Source of the DNA: Antedon mediterranea | Lineage: Eukaryota; Animalia; Echinodermata | Reading direction: 5' to 3' | DNA: 64,000 nt | NCBI RefSeq assembly: GCF_964355755.1 | Contig: NC_092678.1 | Location: 16,225,881 to 16,289,880 of the forward strand | Notes under the pieces: generated by a model | The model's input: only the letters and a program-made list of their open reading frames with translations | What the model was told of the DNA's origin: nothing | Database searches by the model: none | Part shown: positions 27,001 through 39,451 of the stretch, piece by piece | Position numbering within the stretch: position 1 is the first letter of the stretch | Layout: every line of letters starts with the position of its first letter | Position numbers and translations under genes: made by a program

Positions 27001-28747
27001 CTCCCAGAGTGCCAAGTTATGATCACTGGCTGTGATGTACTAATAAACCGGGGTAACCCCTACTCGGGCCCCTACTCATCTCGAAAGATGTACTAGGTTC
27101 TTTAAAGTGCACACGAGCTAGATGTGTACACTGGACCTACGGTTTATAGTCCCTATCCAAGAAGACTCGTTCTACCACCAGAACCCCTGCCGATGTTATG
27201 GTTACGTAATTACGGTTCCACTGTCTAAACCGCTCGGCCACTCACTCACGACGTTATTATCCAAGATCAAACGGTTGCCTTAAAGATGTATTGTTCCCTG
27301 AAAAAATTGATTGTTGTTGAATAAGCCATTTTAATGTCACATAGGCCTAATAGTTATTCACTTTGACCGAAAATTCGGCCCCAAAAAAAAATGTATTTAC
27401 CTGAAAAAACTGTAATTTAAAGCAAAAAATAATCAAATTGGCTGCCAGTCATTTTTTTTTCATTTTATAAGTGAAAACATTATTTTTCGGGGTTTTTTTT
27501 CTATGGAAGTGATTAACTTTGTTAAAACTACAAAATGACCTATTTAAAGTCAGATTTTATCTTAATTTTTTATGTTTTTAGGGGACAATACATCTTTAAT
27601 CGATCCTGTCATTAATAACCCCAAACATACAGATAGCATGCATGCAGTTACCATATAACTGAAATATACCACAATTCGAATCCTTACTACTGTATGAAAT
27701 AGACGAGTTGTTTGGAGACAGATTATTCTCCGACTCTGTGTGCGTCGAGTTATTGCTTCCCACAAACAGTCTTATTTATTTTGTATCTTTTTGAGACCGG
27801 AATTGTTCAAGAGATGAGGTGTATATTGCTAGGCCTAGTTCTTTTCTAACTGGCTATTCCAGAGTGTCTCTTTTACACCAGAGAGATAAAATAATTTATA
27901 TAAGCTATATTTTCCTCCTTTGATCTCATCAAATAAAAGTAGAAAAATCGTTTGAGTTTGAGAGAAAAATTTGATTCAGTTGATTTTTATCCCATTTTAG
28001 ACTAACGGCCTTTTCCAGATCACGCTATCTATCTACCTCTTTTTCATAACAACCTGTACTGTATAATAATTAATTTTCTAAGGCAATTAATAATTGATGT
28101 CAAGTTATGTGTTTACGTTTTCATCATCAGGTCACAAATAGTTCTATTCCGTCTGTCAGCGACCACACAAAGATGAAAGAAATGCCAAGACAGCATTTTG
28201 CTTGGGCCTTGGCGAGTCTATTCTGTTTTCTACCATTCGGAGTAGCCGCCGTTATTAACTCAAGAAAGGTAACGTATTAGAGAATCATAACATTCCAAAC
28301 ATACATAAAAACGCTAGCTATATTATTGATTCATATCATTAACTACTAGTTTGTTTTCATCAAAGTATGACTTGTTTTGTTTTAAATTATGGAAGTCTAA
28401 ACAACTAGTTATAGGCCTATGCAAAGTTGCACCAGCGAGTATACTGCGCGTGGATTTGCTCGAATCCCTCACTCTCTAGTTGATGGAATCAGGGAAGAGT
28501 TAAATTACATGATGGAATCTGTTTTTTGTCTCAACTGTGTCACTTCTTTTCCTTCACATAGGTTCGTCCATTATTCCAGGAAGGCAAGTACCAGCTGTCG
28601 TCTGCTGCATCTCGTAGAGCCAAGGTGTACTCTGTGTTGTCGACTGTCATCGGTCTGTTAGTCGCAACAATCATCGCTAGTTTACTCTTAATAGATTGCC
28701 GTTTTTATGAAGACAACACCACCATTGTTGAACTTCACAATACCTAA
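24097..28747 (+). CDS. CD225/dispanin (PRRT/IFITM-like) membrane protein, 4 exons, ~132 aa
   Basis: Exons 24097-24127, 26854-26897, 28131-28268, 28562-28747, phase-consistent. MPRQHFAWALASLFCFLPFGVAAVINSRK/VRPLFQEGKYQLSSAASRRAKVYSVLSTVIGLLVATII fits the CD225 domain. The first two small exons are less certain. Confidence 0.78.
24703..24883. mobile_element. MITE, AAGC(G/T)TGGTTCCCACTAG family
   Basis: Near-identical to 18507-18685. Confidence 0.8.
24929..25109. mobile_element. MITE, AAGC(G/T)TGGTTCCCACTAG family
   Basis: Second copy 45 bp downstream; TA on both flanks. Confidence 0.8.
26955..27249 (-). mobile_element. tRNA-derived SINE (Deu/Nin-domain-like)
   Basis: Minus-strand head GTGAGTGAGTGGCCGAGCGG and core ..GGACTATAAACCGTAGGTCC...GCACTTTAAAGAACC...GAGTAGGGGTTACCCCGG. 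Confidence 0.78.
27284..27595. mobile_element. Kolobok-like MITE
   Basis: TTAA on both sides; TIR AGATGTATTGT.CCC. Confidence 0.72.
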
Positions 28748-29703
28748 ATTTTTGTGATTAAAATTAGATCTGCATGCATGTGTCTAATGTATAGGCTTTG
28801 TTGTCAGTTGTCAGTAATTGGTTAGATGTCTCGTAATACTATAACTAGGCCGCACACACACATAAAAAGTAATTCTCTCCCGTAGGACTCGAACCAACAA
28901 AATGAAAAGTCTGATGGCCTAATAAGTATTTAGTACACCACGGCGCATGTATGGAATATACATTTGACCAAACTTTCTCACACACAATCTACTTCGCAAA
29001 CAGTTATTCAAAATAAATATCGTGGATTTGATTTTAAATTATATAAAAAAAAGCATTCCCAACATACACTCAAACTTCAGTATGCAAACCTAGCAACCTG
29101 CGAGTGTGGCATGTTTCTAAAAATTAATTTGGAAAACTTAAACTATTCTCATCATAGTGCCAAACAATTTTCCTCAAATTTAAGTTACGTTCTTGTGTTC
29201 CTAAACAAATTGTCTTTAATTTTTAATGTTAAGGTCTTTAAAGGTTATTTTTATTGTATAGCTCGAAACTGACGACATAAACCATCCTCAACTTTAATTA
29301 AAGAATGTTTCTTAAATGTTTGGAATTACACAATGAATTTTCTAATAAGTTGCATAGATCTTGATTGATATAGTTATATTGTGTTATTGTGTTATTGTTG
29401 ACTCTTTGAACGACAGAAAGGTGATTTTATAACACGTCTTTGTGTTTATTTATTAGATCACGAAAAGAAATTGAAGACCAACTAAAACTTTCTGACAAAT
29501 ACATTCAATAGTAGCTATTCTTACATTTGACATGCCAAAAGCTATTTTCTATCAGCACCGAACTGTAAAAATAACTAAAATGACTTGTTTAGTTAAATTT
29601 ACTTTTTTTATCTATGAATTGGAAATCAAGATGAAATATACAGAATAAGATAGAGGGCGATGTTTTTTGTTTTCAGCACGTTTACACGCTCGAGATTTTT
29701 TAG

Positions 29704-29711
29704 TTCTTTTC
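29704..29711 (+). promoter_or_regulatory. Candidate TCT initiator / 5'TOP start of TMA7
   Basis: TTCTTTTC matches the YYC+1TTTYY consensus ~30 nt upstream of the ATG, as is typical of translation-related genes. Confidence 0.45.
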
Positions 29712-29739
29712 GTTTTTTTACGATCGCCGAGTACACATC

Positions 29740-32700
29740 ATGTCATCAAGAGAAGGTAAAACACACATAAATTAGTGTTAGTTGTTATTAAATTCTCTTT
29801 ATTATGAAAATTAATGTAATGAATTCAAGTGTACGGTTTATTTATTATCGACTAGACCTAGCCTATAGGCCTAGCTAGGCATATTTACTAGTAACTAGGC
29901 TAGGCTAGTAGTACTCTATACATGCAGTAGAGGCATCGGCCCCCGCGAACCTGTGGCGAATCCGGCCATGTAGGATAGGCTAGGCCTAGCCTAGTAGATT
30001 ACAGTAGTAATAGAGAAGTCTTGGTCGACTACATTAGTATTATTCAGTTTAGTCTAAGTAACTAAACTTAATTATAGAATATTAAAAATTGTGATCCGAT
30101 AATTGTTCCAATATATTACTCAATCATTTTATTTTTTATTAGGCCTAGCCTAGGCCTTATTTATAGGGTGTCAGATGAAATCGGTCGCGATAAAATCAAC
30201 TTCCGGTATTTTGTATGGCGCGCCGCTAGAGCTATACTTTTGATTATATCGGTCGCGTTTGAAATCGGTCGCGCTATTTTGTATGGATCGGGCTGGATGC
30301 GATGCATTTTTCGTTTATATAGATTTAATTGATATTTTTTAGGAACTAGATTATTTATGTGGATATTTTTTACTTGGTTAATAAATATTTATTATCAATC
30401 ATTAGGCCTAAATTAATTTTTTTTTTTTGTATTTCACAGGTCTCGGAGAAGGACTTTCTTTTCAAAATGGCCATTTCTAAACACGTTTAAATATTATATT
30501 AGGCATATAATAATTTACCTCTATTTATATGTACTGTAATTAATATATTATATAGAGAATATACGTCTGTCGTGTCTTTTATTATGCAAACAATTAGGCC
30601 TACGTATGGTTTTAGGATATTAATGAAATACAGTATATAGATAATAGGCCTACCGTATATTTCGGTGTATAAGTCGCACTTTTGACACGCAAATTTGACC
30701 TCTAAATTAAGGGTGCGTCTTATACACCGAACATAAATGCCTCACCACACAGATTGTACATATTGGCCTATCGTCACCTCGTTTGCTAGGCCTGAGTAGG
30801 CTAGGCCTAGCTACAGTATACTAACGTAACGGCAACCTGCTTCTGCCTAGTTTTCAAGGCATTTTAGCATGATGTTAATATTATACTAAATATGATGAAA
30901 AGATTTGTTCATTATGGAGCGGTTTTAGGCACTCCGATAAATTTCATTTGTAAACGTTTACGTACGATCGATTGGAATAGTATTTATTTATAGTTATACG
31001 CACGATCGCCGACCGCCGTACCCCTAGCGCAAGCCCTTCTTGTGGGCGGCCACATGGTGAACAGTATTCGACTAGTATATTCTCCAGGTGATTATAGGAT
31101 GGACCTAGCGTACACACTTCTCGGATACATAGAATACGATTGTCCGTGAAAACGTGCGCCCTCTCGAAATGATCGAGCGAGGCTAGCCTACACACGTACA
31201 TCGTGTTACACACACGGTCATGCACTCGATGTTGTTGCAGGTGCAAACTAATGAACAACAAGTTAGAAAGAACTTGTTGAGGCTGGGCACGGCCGAGCCT
31301 AGCTAGGTAAGAAAAAACCTATTTAAAGGACGCCATTGTAGATATAACAAAATATATTATTACAATAATATTGATTACAATTTAAAAAAAACATTGTTTT
31401 GATGAAATATAAGGTGCGTCTTATACATCGACGATATAAAAAATACCGATATTTTACTCTCAGTTAGGGGTGCGTCTTATACACAGGTGCGACTTATACA
31501 CCGAAATATACGGTATGCCGTTATAAATCAATCTACCGGCCTACAGAGGACTATAATGTACAATGATAGATGTGCGAATAATTGATTGATTGAAATTTAT
31601 ATTTATACTGGGTAACCTCTTCAGTCAAAAACTGGTCTCCCAGAAGGCCCAGTTGGTGATCAGTGGCTGTGATGTAGGCCTACTAATACACCGGGGTAAC
31701 CCCCTACTCGTCTCGAAAGATGTACTAGGTTCTTTAAAGTGCACACGAGCTAGATGTGTACACTGGACCTACGGTTTATAGTCCTTATCCGAGAAGACTC
31801 GTTCTACCACCAGCAGAACCATGGAGTGAGTGAGCCTCGAACCCCTGCCGATATTATGGCTACGTAATTACGGTTCCACTGTCTTCTTAACCGCTCGGCC
31901 ACTCACTCACATAATAATGTATGGATATTATGTGGACACGATTCTCAATTGAGAATCGTGTCCACATTATCCATACATTATTATGTGAGTGAGTGGCCGC
32001 AAAGAGGTAATCTGCACTCATATTTAACATTTAGATTTACGAACGACGTATGAATGCGAGACACTGAGTTGCACTTACTTAATTATTTACATTAAATGAT
32101 TATTATAAATGAAGAAATAAAAGATATTCAAATTAAAATCTATAGTATCGCCGACGATATATACGTAAATTCGTATTTTTCATACTGTCAAATTATAGAA
32201 AAAGTGCTTTATTCGGAATTATTATGGATAAGCAAGCCTGTGAGCTACAGCGATTTAATTGCTTTTGTTTTCCTTGCCTCCTTATATTTCCACGTGTCTT
32301 GATTTGGTTACCTATGTTTTAAATGTATTTCGATTTTAAAGGCTAAATACAGAATGAATGAATGAACATGATCTCATAATCGCGTCGAGCATCTATAGCT
32401 CATTGGATCGTTTCACAAAAACACGTGCAGGAGGCCTATAGACGTTTCAAACATGGTTATTAGTAATAGACGTCATCTTTACTTCGCCATGGACAACGAT
32501 CGTACGTGTTTTGTCCATGATTTGACACACTAAACAAGTGCGTGTTTTTTAAAAAGGGGAAATCCCGTCAGCAAAATAACGTATTGTTAGAGGAAACAGC
32601 TGCACGATCATAGAAGGCGCATCTCCAATATGGCTTATTCGGGGGTTTATTTCAGTAACTCGTCTTTTAACCATCCGCATATAATGATCATTTTACTAAA

Positions 32701-35700
32701 AACTATTTTAAACATTAGAGATAAAAGTATACACGTGATTTGCCTCAACAATAATCATTATACACTTAATATTATCCAACATAACGGATAGAAATAAAAT
32801 AGAAATAAAAATAAGGTGATCGAATTGTATGTTGTTAACGACATGGATATGATATAATCTGCCACAGTATGCATAAGTAAAATGGATACGCTGGCCTTAT
32901 GGGCTATATTGTAAAAATTATTGTTTTTAAATAAATTGTTCTCTTACGTAATTGTTTGCATAATAAAAGACACGACAGACGTATATTCTCTACATAATAT
33001 ATTAATTACAGTACATATAAATAGAGGTAAATTATGATATCTAATATAACATTATGCCTAATATAATATTTAAACGTGTTTAGAAATGGCCATTTTGAAA
33101 AGACACAGTCCTTCTCCGAGACCTGTGAAATACAAAAAAAAATAAATTAATTTAATGATTGATAATAAATATTTATTAACCAAGTAAAAAATATCCACAT
33201 AAATAATCTAGTTACTACAAAATATCAATTAAATCTACATAAACGAAAAATGTATATCCCGCTCTAGCATGCATCCCGCTCGATCCATACAAAATAGCGC
33301 GACCGATTTCAAACGCGACCGATTTCAAACGTGACCGATATAATCAAAAGTATAGCTCTAGCGGCGCGCCATACCAAATACCGGAAGTTGATTTTATCGC
33401 GACCGATTTCAAACGCGACCGATTTCAGACGCGACCGATTTCATCGTAAACCATTTATAGTAGCCTATTATAGGCCTAGTCCTTTTCTATGCCTAATTTA
33501 AACAATTTTTTTGTGCATAAATCATCAACAACCCATTATTATTCTTCTTTCTATCCATAATTTGTGATCATTTTTCCACTAAATAAATATATTCATCAAT
33601 TTGTCAACCACAGTTTATAGTTAAGTGATGCAATAAATAAAGGGGGCTTTGTAACTACAGTACTCTCTCTAGTCACTAGTGGAATAGTCTCCTGTCTGAT
33701 GTGGTTAATTGAAACATTCCATGGAAATTTATTATTTTGTTCTTTCTCCAACAATAACTTTTTCCAACAATCACTTTTTCCAACAATCACTTTCTCCAAC
33801 AATCACTTTCTCCAACAATCACTTTCTACAACAATCACTTTCTCCAACAATCACTTTCTCCAACAATCACTTTCTCCAACAATCACTTTCTCCAACAATC
33901 ACTTTTCCCAACAATCACTTTTCCCAACAATCACTTTTTCCAACAATCACTTTCTCCAACAATCACTTTCTCCAACAATCACTTTCTCCAACAATCACTT
34001 TCTCCAACAATCATTTTCTCCAACAATCATTTTCTCCAACAATCACTTTTCCCAACAATCACTTTTTCCAATATGCCTGTCTTTATACATTATTAATCAT
34101 GTGAAAAGAATACACGATATTTTTAATATCCTTTCTTCCACCTTTTGCATCATGTTTTAGTATTTACCGTGGATATGACATGATTAAATACACAAATACT
34201 AATTACTAAAGAAATTAAGCTCCAAAAAGTTTAGATTTTTACAATTTCATATGTTTAGTTCCATGATTTTAGTAAAATGATTGTTATGTTAGATATACTT
34301 CACTTGAAATTTTGGACCTGACAGTAAACACCACTGATTGTTAAAATGAGCACAATATAATCATGTGAAGAGAATACACGATATTTTTAACGTCCTTCCA
34401 CTCCACCTTTTGCATTATGTTGAAAAAACGACAGGAACAACGATCTTCTTTACTATCTAATCTTACTTATTGAGTTTCTGCGGTGCTGACATCACGACGG
34501 TAGGTGGTGCTGCGTGGTTGCTAGCCAATCAAAAAATGCGTTCAATCTGCCTGAATGACTCATCAGGTCACCAATGGTTTGGAATAGGCTTATGGAAGTA
34601 GTCATTTTAAAACGTAATAATTTTTAATAAAAACAAACTAAATTTTCAAAAGATTACTAAATACAGTATTTTTTTAATGATCTATTTATTCTTCAACTAC
34701 AGTTTAAGTTTAAAAAAATCAAGCTAAGATACATAATTTGATAGAAATACAGATCTATACAGTTTATCAACATAGTAGCGTTGAATGCATGTTTTGGTTG
34801 GCTAGCAACCATGCAGCGCCACCTACCATCGTGACGTCAGTAGTCAACATTTCAACTGTCCTAAAACAAACTGTAGAAATGTTCTTTTTAAATTGTAAAT
34901 ATATTTGTTATTTGTTTTACAGGAGGCAAGAAAAAGCCATTAAAGGCACCAAAAAAACAGCAACTGCAATTAGATGACGTATGTAACAATTTTATTCACT
35001 AAATCACACTGAAAGGAGATTTTAAAGAATATATGTATTGTCCCCCTGAAAAATAATTTTTCAAATTTTGTTTGTTGAATATGCCATTTTAATGTTACAT
35101 AATAGTTATCCAATTTGACCAAAAATTGTACGTAAACAACATTTATTTACCTGAAAAAACTGTAATTTAAAGCAAAAAATGGTCAATTGACTGCCAGCCA
35201 ATGAATTTTTGGTCGAATTTAACTATTTATTATGTTATTTTATAAGTGTTTTGGGGTTTTTTTTCTATGGAAGTGATTAACCTTATTAAAACTAGAAAAT
35301 AACCTAATCAAAGTGTGATTTAATTACTGTAATCTTAATTTTTCATGTTTTTGGGGGACAATACATCTTTAACTACTAATTATTTCACTTAATTCAATCA
35401 TACCTCTCAACTCTCCTGATAATGACGAGAGTCTCCCGATATTTCCAGTCATCTTCTAGTCTCCTGATAAAAATGCAATTTCTCCCCCAATATTTTGGAT
35501 AAACCAAAAAGTTTCCCAATATGTAAATTTATAATTTCTACTAATCTAGATATTGATAAGAGAATAAAAACATACTAATTAGTCCGTAAGATGTTTATAT
35601 TCATGTGTTATAACTCAGTGATATGAGTTGGCACTCCTGACATACATACCCATGTTTACAATTATAGATGCCAATATCTTTTAGGGTTTCATATGGTTTG

Positions 35701-36923
35701 ATGAATTATTTTAGCACCCTCTACAGTTTCATAAAACCTCCCTGAAATCTTTTTTTTTCAAGTTGGGAGGTTCGATTCAGATTAGATTTATTAAGTCATT
35801 CATACCTAGTATAATGATAATTGTTTTCTTGGCAGAAAAACACAAGCAAAACAATACACACATAATATTTACATTCGTGATCAACTTGGAACTAACAACA
35901 ACAACTGATTCAATTAATGTAATCAACACCAAGGCGCTTTCCTTCACAAGTTTTTGTAATTGGTTGCCCCACTTTCTGCATGCTTGCCTGATTTTTGTTT
36001 GACCAAATGGCTTGGTTTTTTAAAAAAATGCCTTGTTTGGGGAAAGGAGAATTTTTTTTTGTACAATTGTAATATGCTCCTCTTGTAACACTACCAAAGA
36101 GTACAAGATACTGGAAAGCTGTTAGAGATAAGAGTTATATCAAGATAAATTCAAATAACCATTTTACTGTATTTGAACTCCTGCTTATTACAATATCCTG
36201 TTCACAGCACCAATACAACCTAATGATATTATATATAGAGTTCTGCGGTGTGACGTCACAACGATAGATAGCGCTGCATTGTTGCTAGCCAACCAAAAAA
36301 TGCGTTCAACGCTCCTATGTTGATAAACTGTATAGATCTGAAATACATAGATTTATTAAAAACAAGTATTTAGCGATCTTTTAAAATTTTAGTTTGTTTT
36401 TATTGAAAATTATTCAGTTTTAAAATGACTACTTTAATAAACCTATTCCAAACCATTAGTGACCTTGGAGTTACTCAGGCAGATTGAATGCATTTTTGGT
36501 TGGCTAGCAACCACGCAGCGCCACTCCTCTCTAACAAGATTTCATTTTACAATATGCACAAATTTGCATTCAATATATTTTTTGTTTACAGGATGATATC
36601 GCACATAAAAATAAGTTAAAGGAAGAGAAGAGAGCTCTTGCAGAAGCAAAGGCAAAAGCTAGTAAAAAGGGACCAATGGGTATGTATGTGATACTGTAAG
36701 ATTTAAAAACAAAAATGGCCCAAAAAAGTAGGAGTTTTTTAAAATTTCAATACAATGAATTAAACTTTTCTGTGAGATGTGAGGCCACTGAAACACAATA
36801 GGAATTATTTTATAGAAAATTACTATTTTATCAGGCTTCACCATAACTTCAAGTTAAATTTACAGTCATTTTACATTTTTATTTTTAGGAGGAACTGGAA
36901 TGAAGAAATCTGGGAAAAAATGA
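29740..36923 (+). CDS. TMA7: Translation machinery-associated protein 7, 4 exons, 64 aa
   Basis: Exons 29740-29755, 34923-34978, 36592-36679, 36889-36923 give [64 protein letters not shown]. Confidence 0.93.
30653..31513. mobile_element. Tc1/mariner (pogo-like) non-autonomous element
   Basis: TIR CCGTATATTTCGGTGTATAAGTCGCAC, TA TSD, subterminal GGTGCGTCTTATACA repeats. Confidence 0.82.
31582..31910 (-). mobile_element. Full-length tRNA-derived SINE (Deu/Nin-domain-like)
   Basis: A-box TGGCCGAGCGG, B-box GGTTCGAGGC, conserved core, (TCAA)n tail. Confidence 0.82.
33742..34072. repeat. 17-bp minisatellite TTTCTCCAACAATCACT (~19 copies)
   Basis: Visible tandem array; explains the repetitive ORFs. 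Confidence 0.92.
34471..34841. mobile_element. MITE (TIR ..GACGTCACGA.GGTAGGTGG.GCTGC.TGGTTGCTAGCCAA)
   Basis: Inverted termini; homologous to 36238-36524 in the opposite orientation. Confidence 0.72.
35026..35368. mobile_element. Kolobok-like MITE, second copy
   Basis: TTAA flanks; homologous to 27284-27595. Confidence 0.72.
36238..36524. mobile_element. MITE, inverted copy of 34471-34841
   Basis: Internal sequence is the reverse complement of the upstream copy. Confidence 0.7.
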
Positions 36924-38283
36924 AAATTAACTTGCTTGCTTCTAACAACACAATATGGTAACCATTCTGGTGTGTAATATGGGTTAACCAAAGCAATTTT
37001 GGTATTAATAAACGTTCCACAAAAGTCTTCTGAACTCAAAATCTTCCCTGTTTCTACATAGAAAATGATGTCAAAAATCAATGGTATTTTACAATAAATA
37101 CTTTAAATATTTAAGTTTAATTTGTCTCTTTTGTTTTGTTGTATACCTGTGTACTGCATCTTCAAACAAAAATCTTTTTTATGGTTATAGTAACGGCATA
37201 CTTGGCAGCCTAGTAATATTACAACATAATATTTGCGGCAACCAAATACCAGCATTTGTGTGAATGATCGGTTATATTTCTCTGTGAGAGTATGACATTT
37301 TGGGATTGTTATAAAAAAAGAGACATTATTAGGTAACATCAGCAAGATTTAATAAGCCGAAGGCGTACTCCAGACTGAAAAGTGATTCCAACAGGAGGCG
37401 GAACCAACAAGATGGCGGCCGTAAATGTGTTCAAAAACATTATTTAATATAAAAAATAATCTAATATAATAAATTAAGACCACATCAATTACAACACATA
37501 TTCTTGTCGAAGCACAGTAAAGAATGCGTTTATGTTTAATACGCTTAACACGTTGCGTTGTGTATCGTAGAGTATATCTGATTCTGATTGTCCGATTGCA
37601 GCTGTCATCTTGTTGGTTGGCCCTCTCCATGGAGAATTACTTTTTGAACTGCGATAACGTTGTTTGACATCCAGCCTTTGGCTATACAAATCATTGGGTA
37701 ACATTGATGCGCGCAACAGCTAAACCCCATAGCATAAGCAGCCCAATGCAACTACCCTATGTTGGAGGGCCCCTTACAAGTCCTAATCAATTAGCCTTTT
37801 TTCTGCTTTTCTGAAACAATCAACTGTAAATTGATAGACCACCAGCCAAGGCCCTATCATACAAGGAACGGAACCATACAATACAAAAAGTGAGAATCCT
37901 CATGAGTACAGATAACATTCGAGGCCAATTTACACAGACGAGTGGCAACGGTAAGTGGAAAACCGCGTAGCTTGTCCCTTTTTGTAGAATCTGTATCTAT
38001 CCTGAGCGGAAACTGCTCGTCCTCTCCCCACTTTCTGTAAATGGCCATAGGAATAACATTCTAATATATTTATTGCCATTACCCCTCGTCTTAGTCTGGG
38101 TTCTAGACATAGTTTTGGCTTAATATTAGTTAAAAAGATATATATTTTGGCACATGTGGCGTTTCATACGTATACTACTTGAGCTTGAAACGAAACATTG
38201 ACTGATGGATTAACAGACTTGTAAATTGACCTTTATACAGAATTGGAGACAGCATAATAATGCACAAAGGAATGGTATGTGTA

Positions 38284-38657
38284 CCGTAAATCTTCTAATA
38301 GTAACCCACACTCTAATAGTAACCCACCTTCTAATAGTAACCCACACTCTAATAGTAACCCATGAGTCACAAAAACTTATGATGCAGCCGTATTTTTAAA
38401 ATAAGGTGATGCATGTTGATCTCGGGTGTGTGAGGGAGGATTGAATGTTTTTTAGTTTATGGAGTTCAACCAAATTTGTTTATTCGTACTGTTTTATTAT
38501 TTTGCTATGAGTTGCTGACCGGAAAAGTTGGGGGTGGGTTACTATTTTCCTGTGCCTAATTTAAGATTAGTAATAGTAACCCACTACTCTAATCGTAACC
38601 CACCCTAAAAAACAATCAAAGAATATTAACCCCGGGTTTCAATTAGAAGATTTACGG
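38284..38657. mobile_element. Tc1/mariner-like MITE
   Basis: TA-CCGTAAATCTTCTAAT...ATTAGAAGATTTACGG-TA with internal CTAATAGTAACCCAC repeats. Confidence 0.78.
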
Positions 38658-38921
38658 TATTTGCGAAAGAATAAAAAACAACTACTGTACTGAAATTCAA
38701 CAGATCACTTTGATCAAACTATATATACTTTATTTATTACCATTAGTACTGTACTTAAATAGTTTAAAATATACAACTACTGTATAACTGAACATACTTG
38801 TCTTGACTCCTAAAATTTAGCACATTAGGTTGATCTTGAAATTTAGTTTATTTAATAAAATTGGTCTTTAAACATAATTTAAATGTCTGCCACGTTTTCT
38901 TGATCAAATTTCCACTGTCTA

Positions 38922-39131
38922 AAGCTTGGTTCCCACTAGAATGTAACGCAAGGACGTAAACGCAACGCAAGCGTTTTAACCAATGACAAGCGAAGTTATA
39001 GACAGTTAGCAATCACAAGCGAATAAGCCATCGCTTGGCAATCACAAGCGAATAAGCCATCGCTTGTGATTGGTCAATTCACTTGCATTGCGTTACGTCC
39101 TTGTGTTGCGTCGCTAGTGGGAACCACGCTT
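38922..39131. mobile_element. MITE, AAGC(G/T)TGGTTCCCACTAG family
   Basis: Reverse orientation relative to 24929-25109, with a small internal duplication. Confidence 0.8.
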
Positions 39132-39451
39132 TATTGTGATTTGTTAATACAGTACTAAATAATTTGCAGCATTGTTCAATCGGAAGCTTTTGATTTACGA
39201 TGACCTACGACCTAACTAGGTCATGTCAATATATTGATCACATGCAGGGAAGTTGGGACATACTTCCCCACTCCTCACATAGGTTGTCAGGTGACAATCA
39301 ACAACACACCAACTGACCTAACTAGCATGTTTCTATGTCGTTGAACGTTGCAAATCAAAAGCTTCCAATTACTATATTAGTTTCAAAGTTGACAGACACA
39401 AGGGCACAATCACATCTGCTTTAAACAAGGATGCGTGTCGGGTATCTACGA

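Larger units (their letters stand above)
30167..33452. mobile_element. Foldback-type DNA transposon with ~430-500 bp inverted arms
   Basis: Arms ~30167-30606 and ~32946-33452, GG...CC termini, 8-bp TSD ATTTATAG (30159-30166, 33453-33460). Confidence 0.8.

Noticed and set aside
33596-34160. Repetitive ORFs (SPTITFSNNHFLQQ)
   Set aside because: Translation of a 17-bp minisatellite inside TMA7 intron 1.
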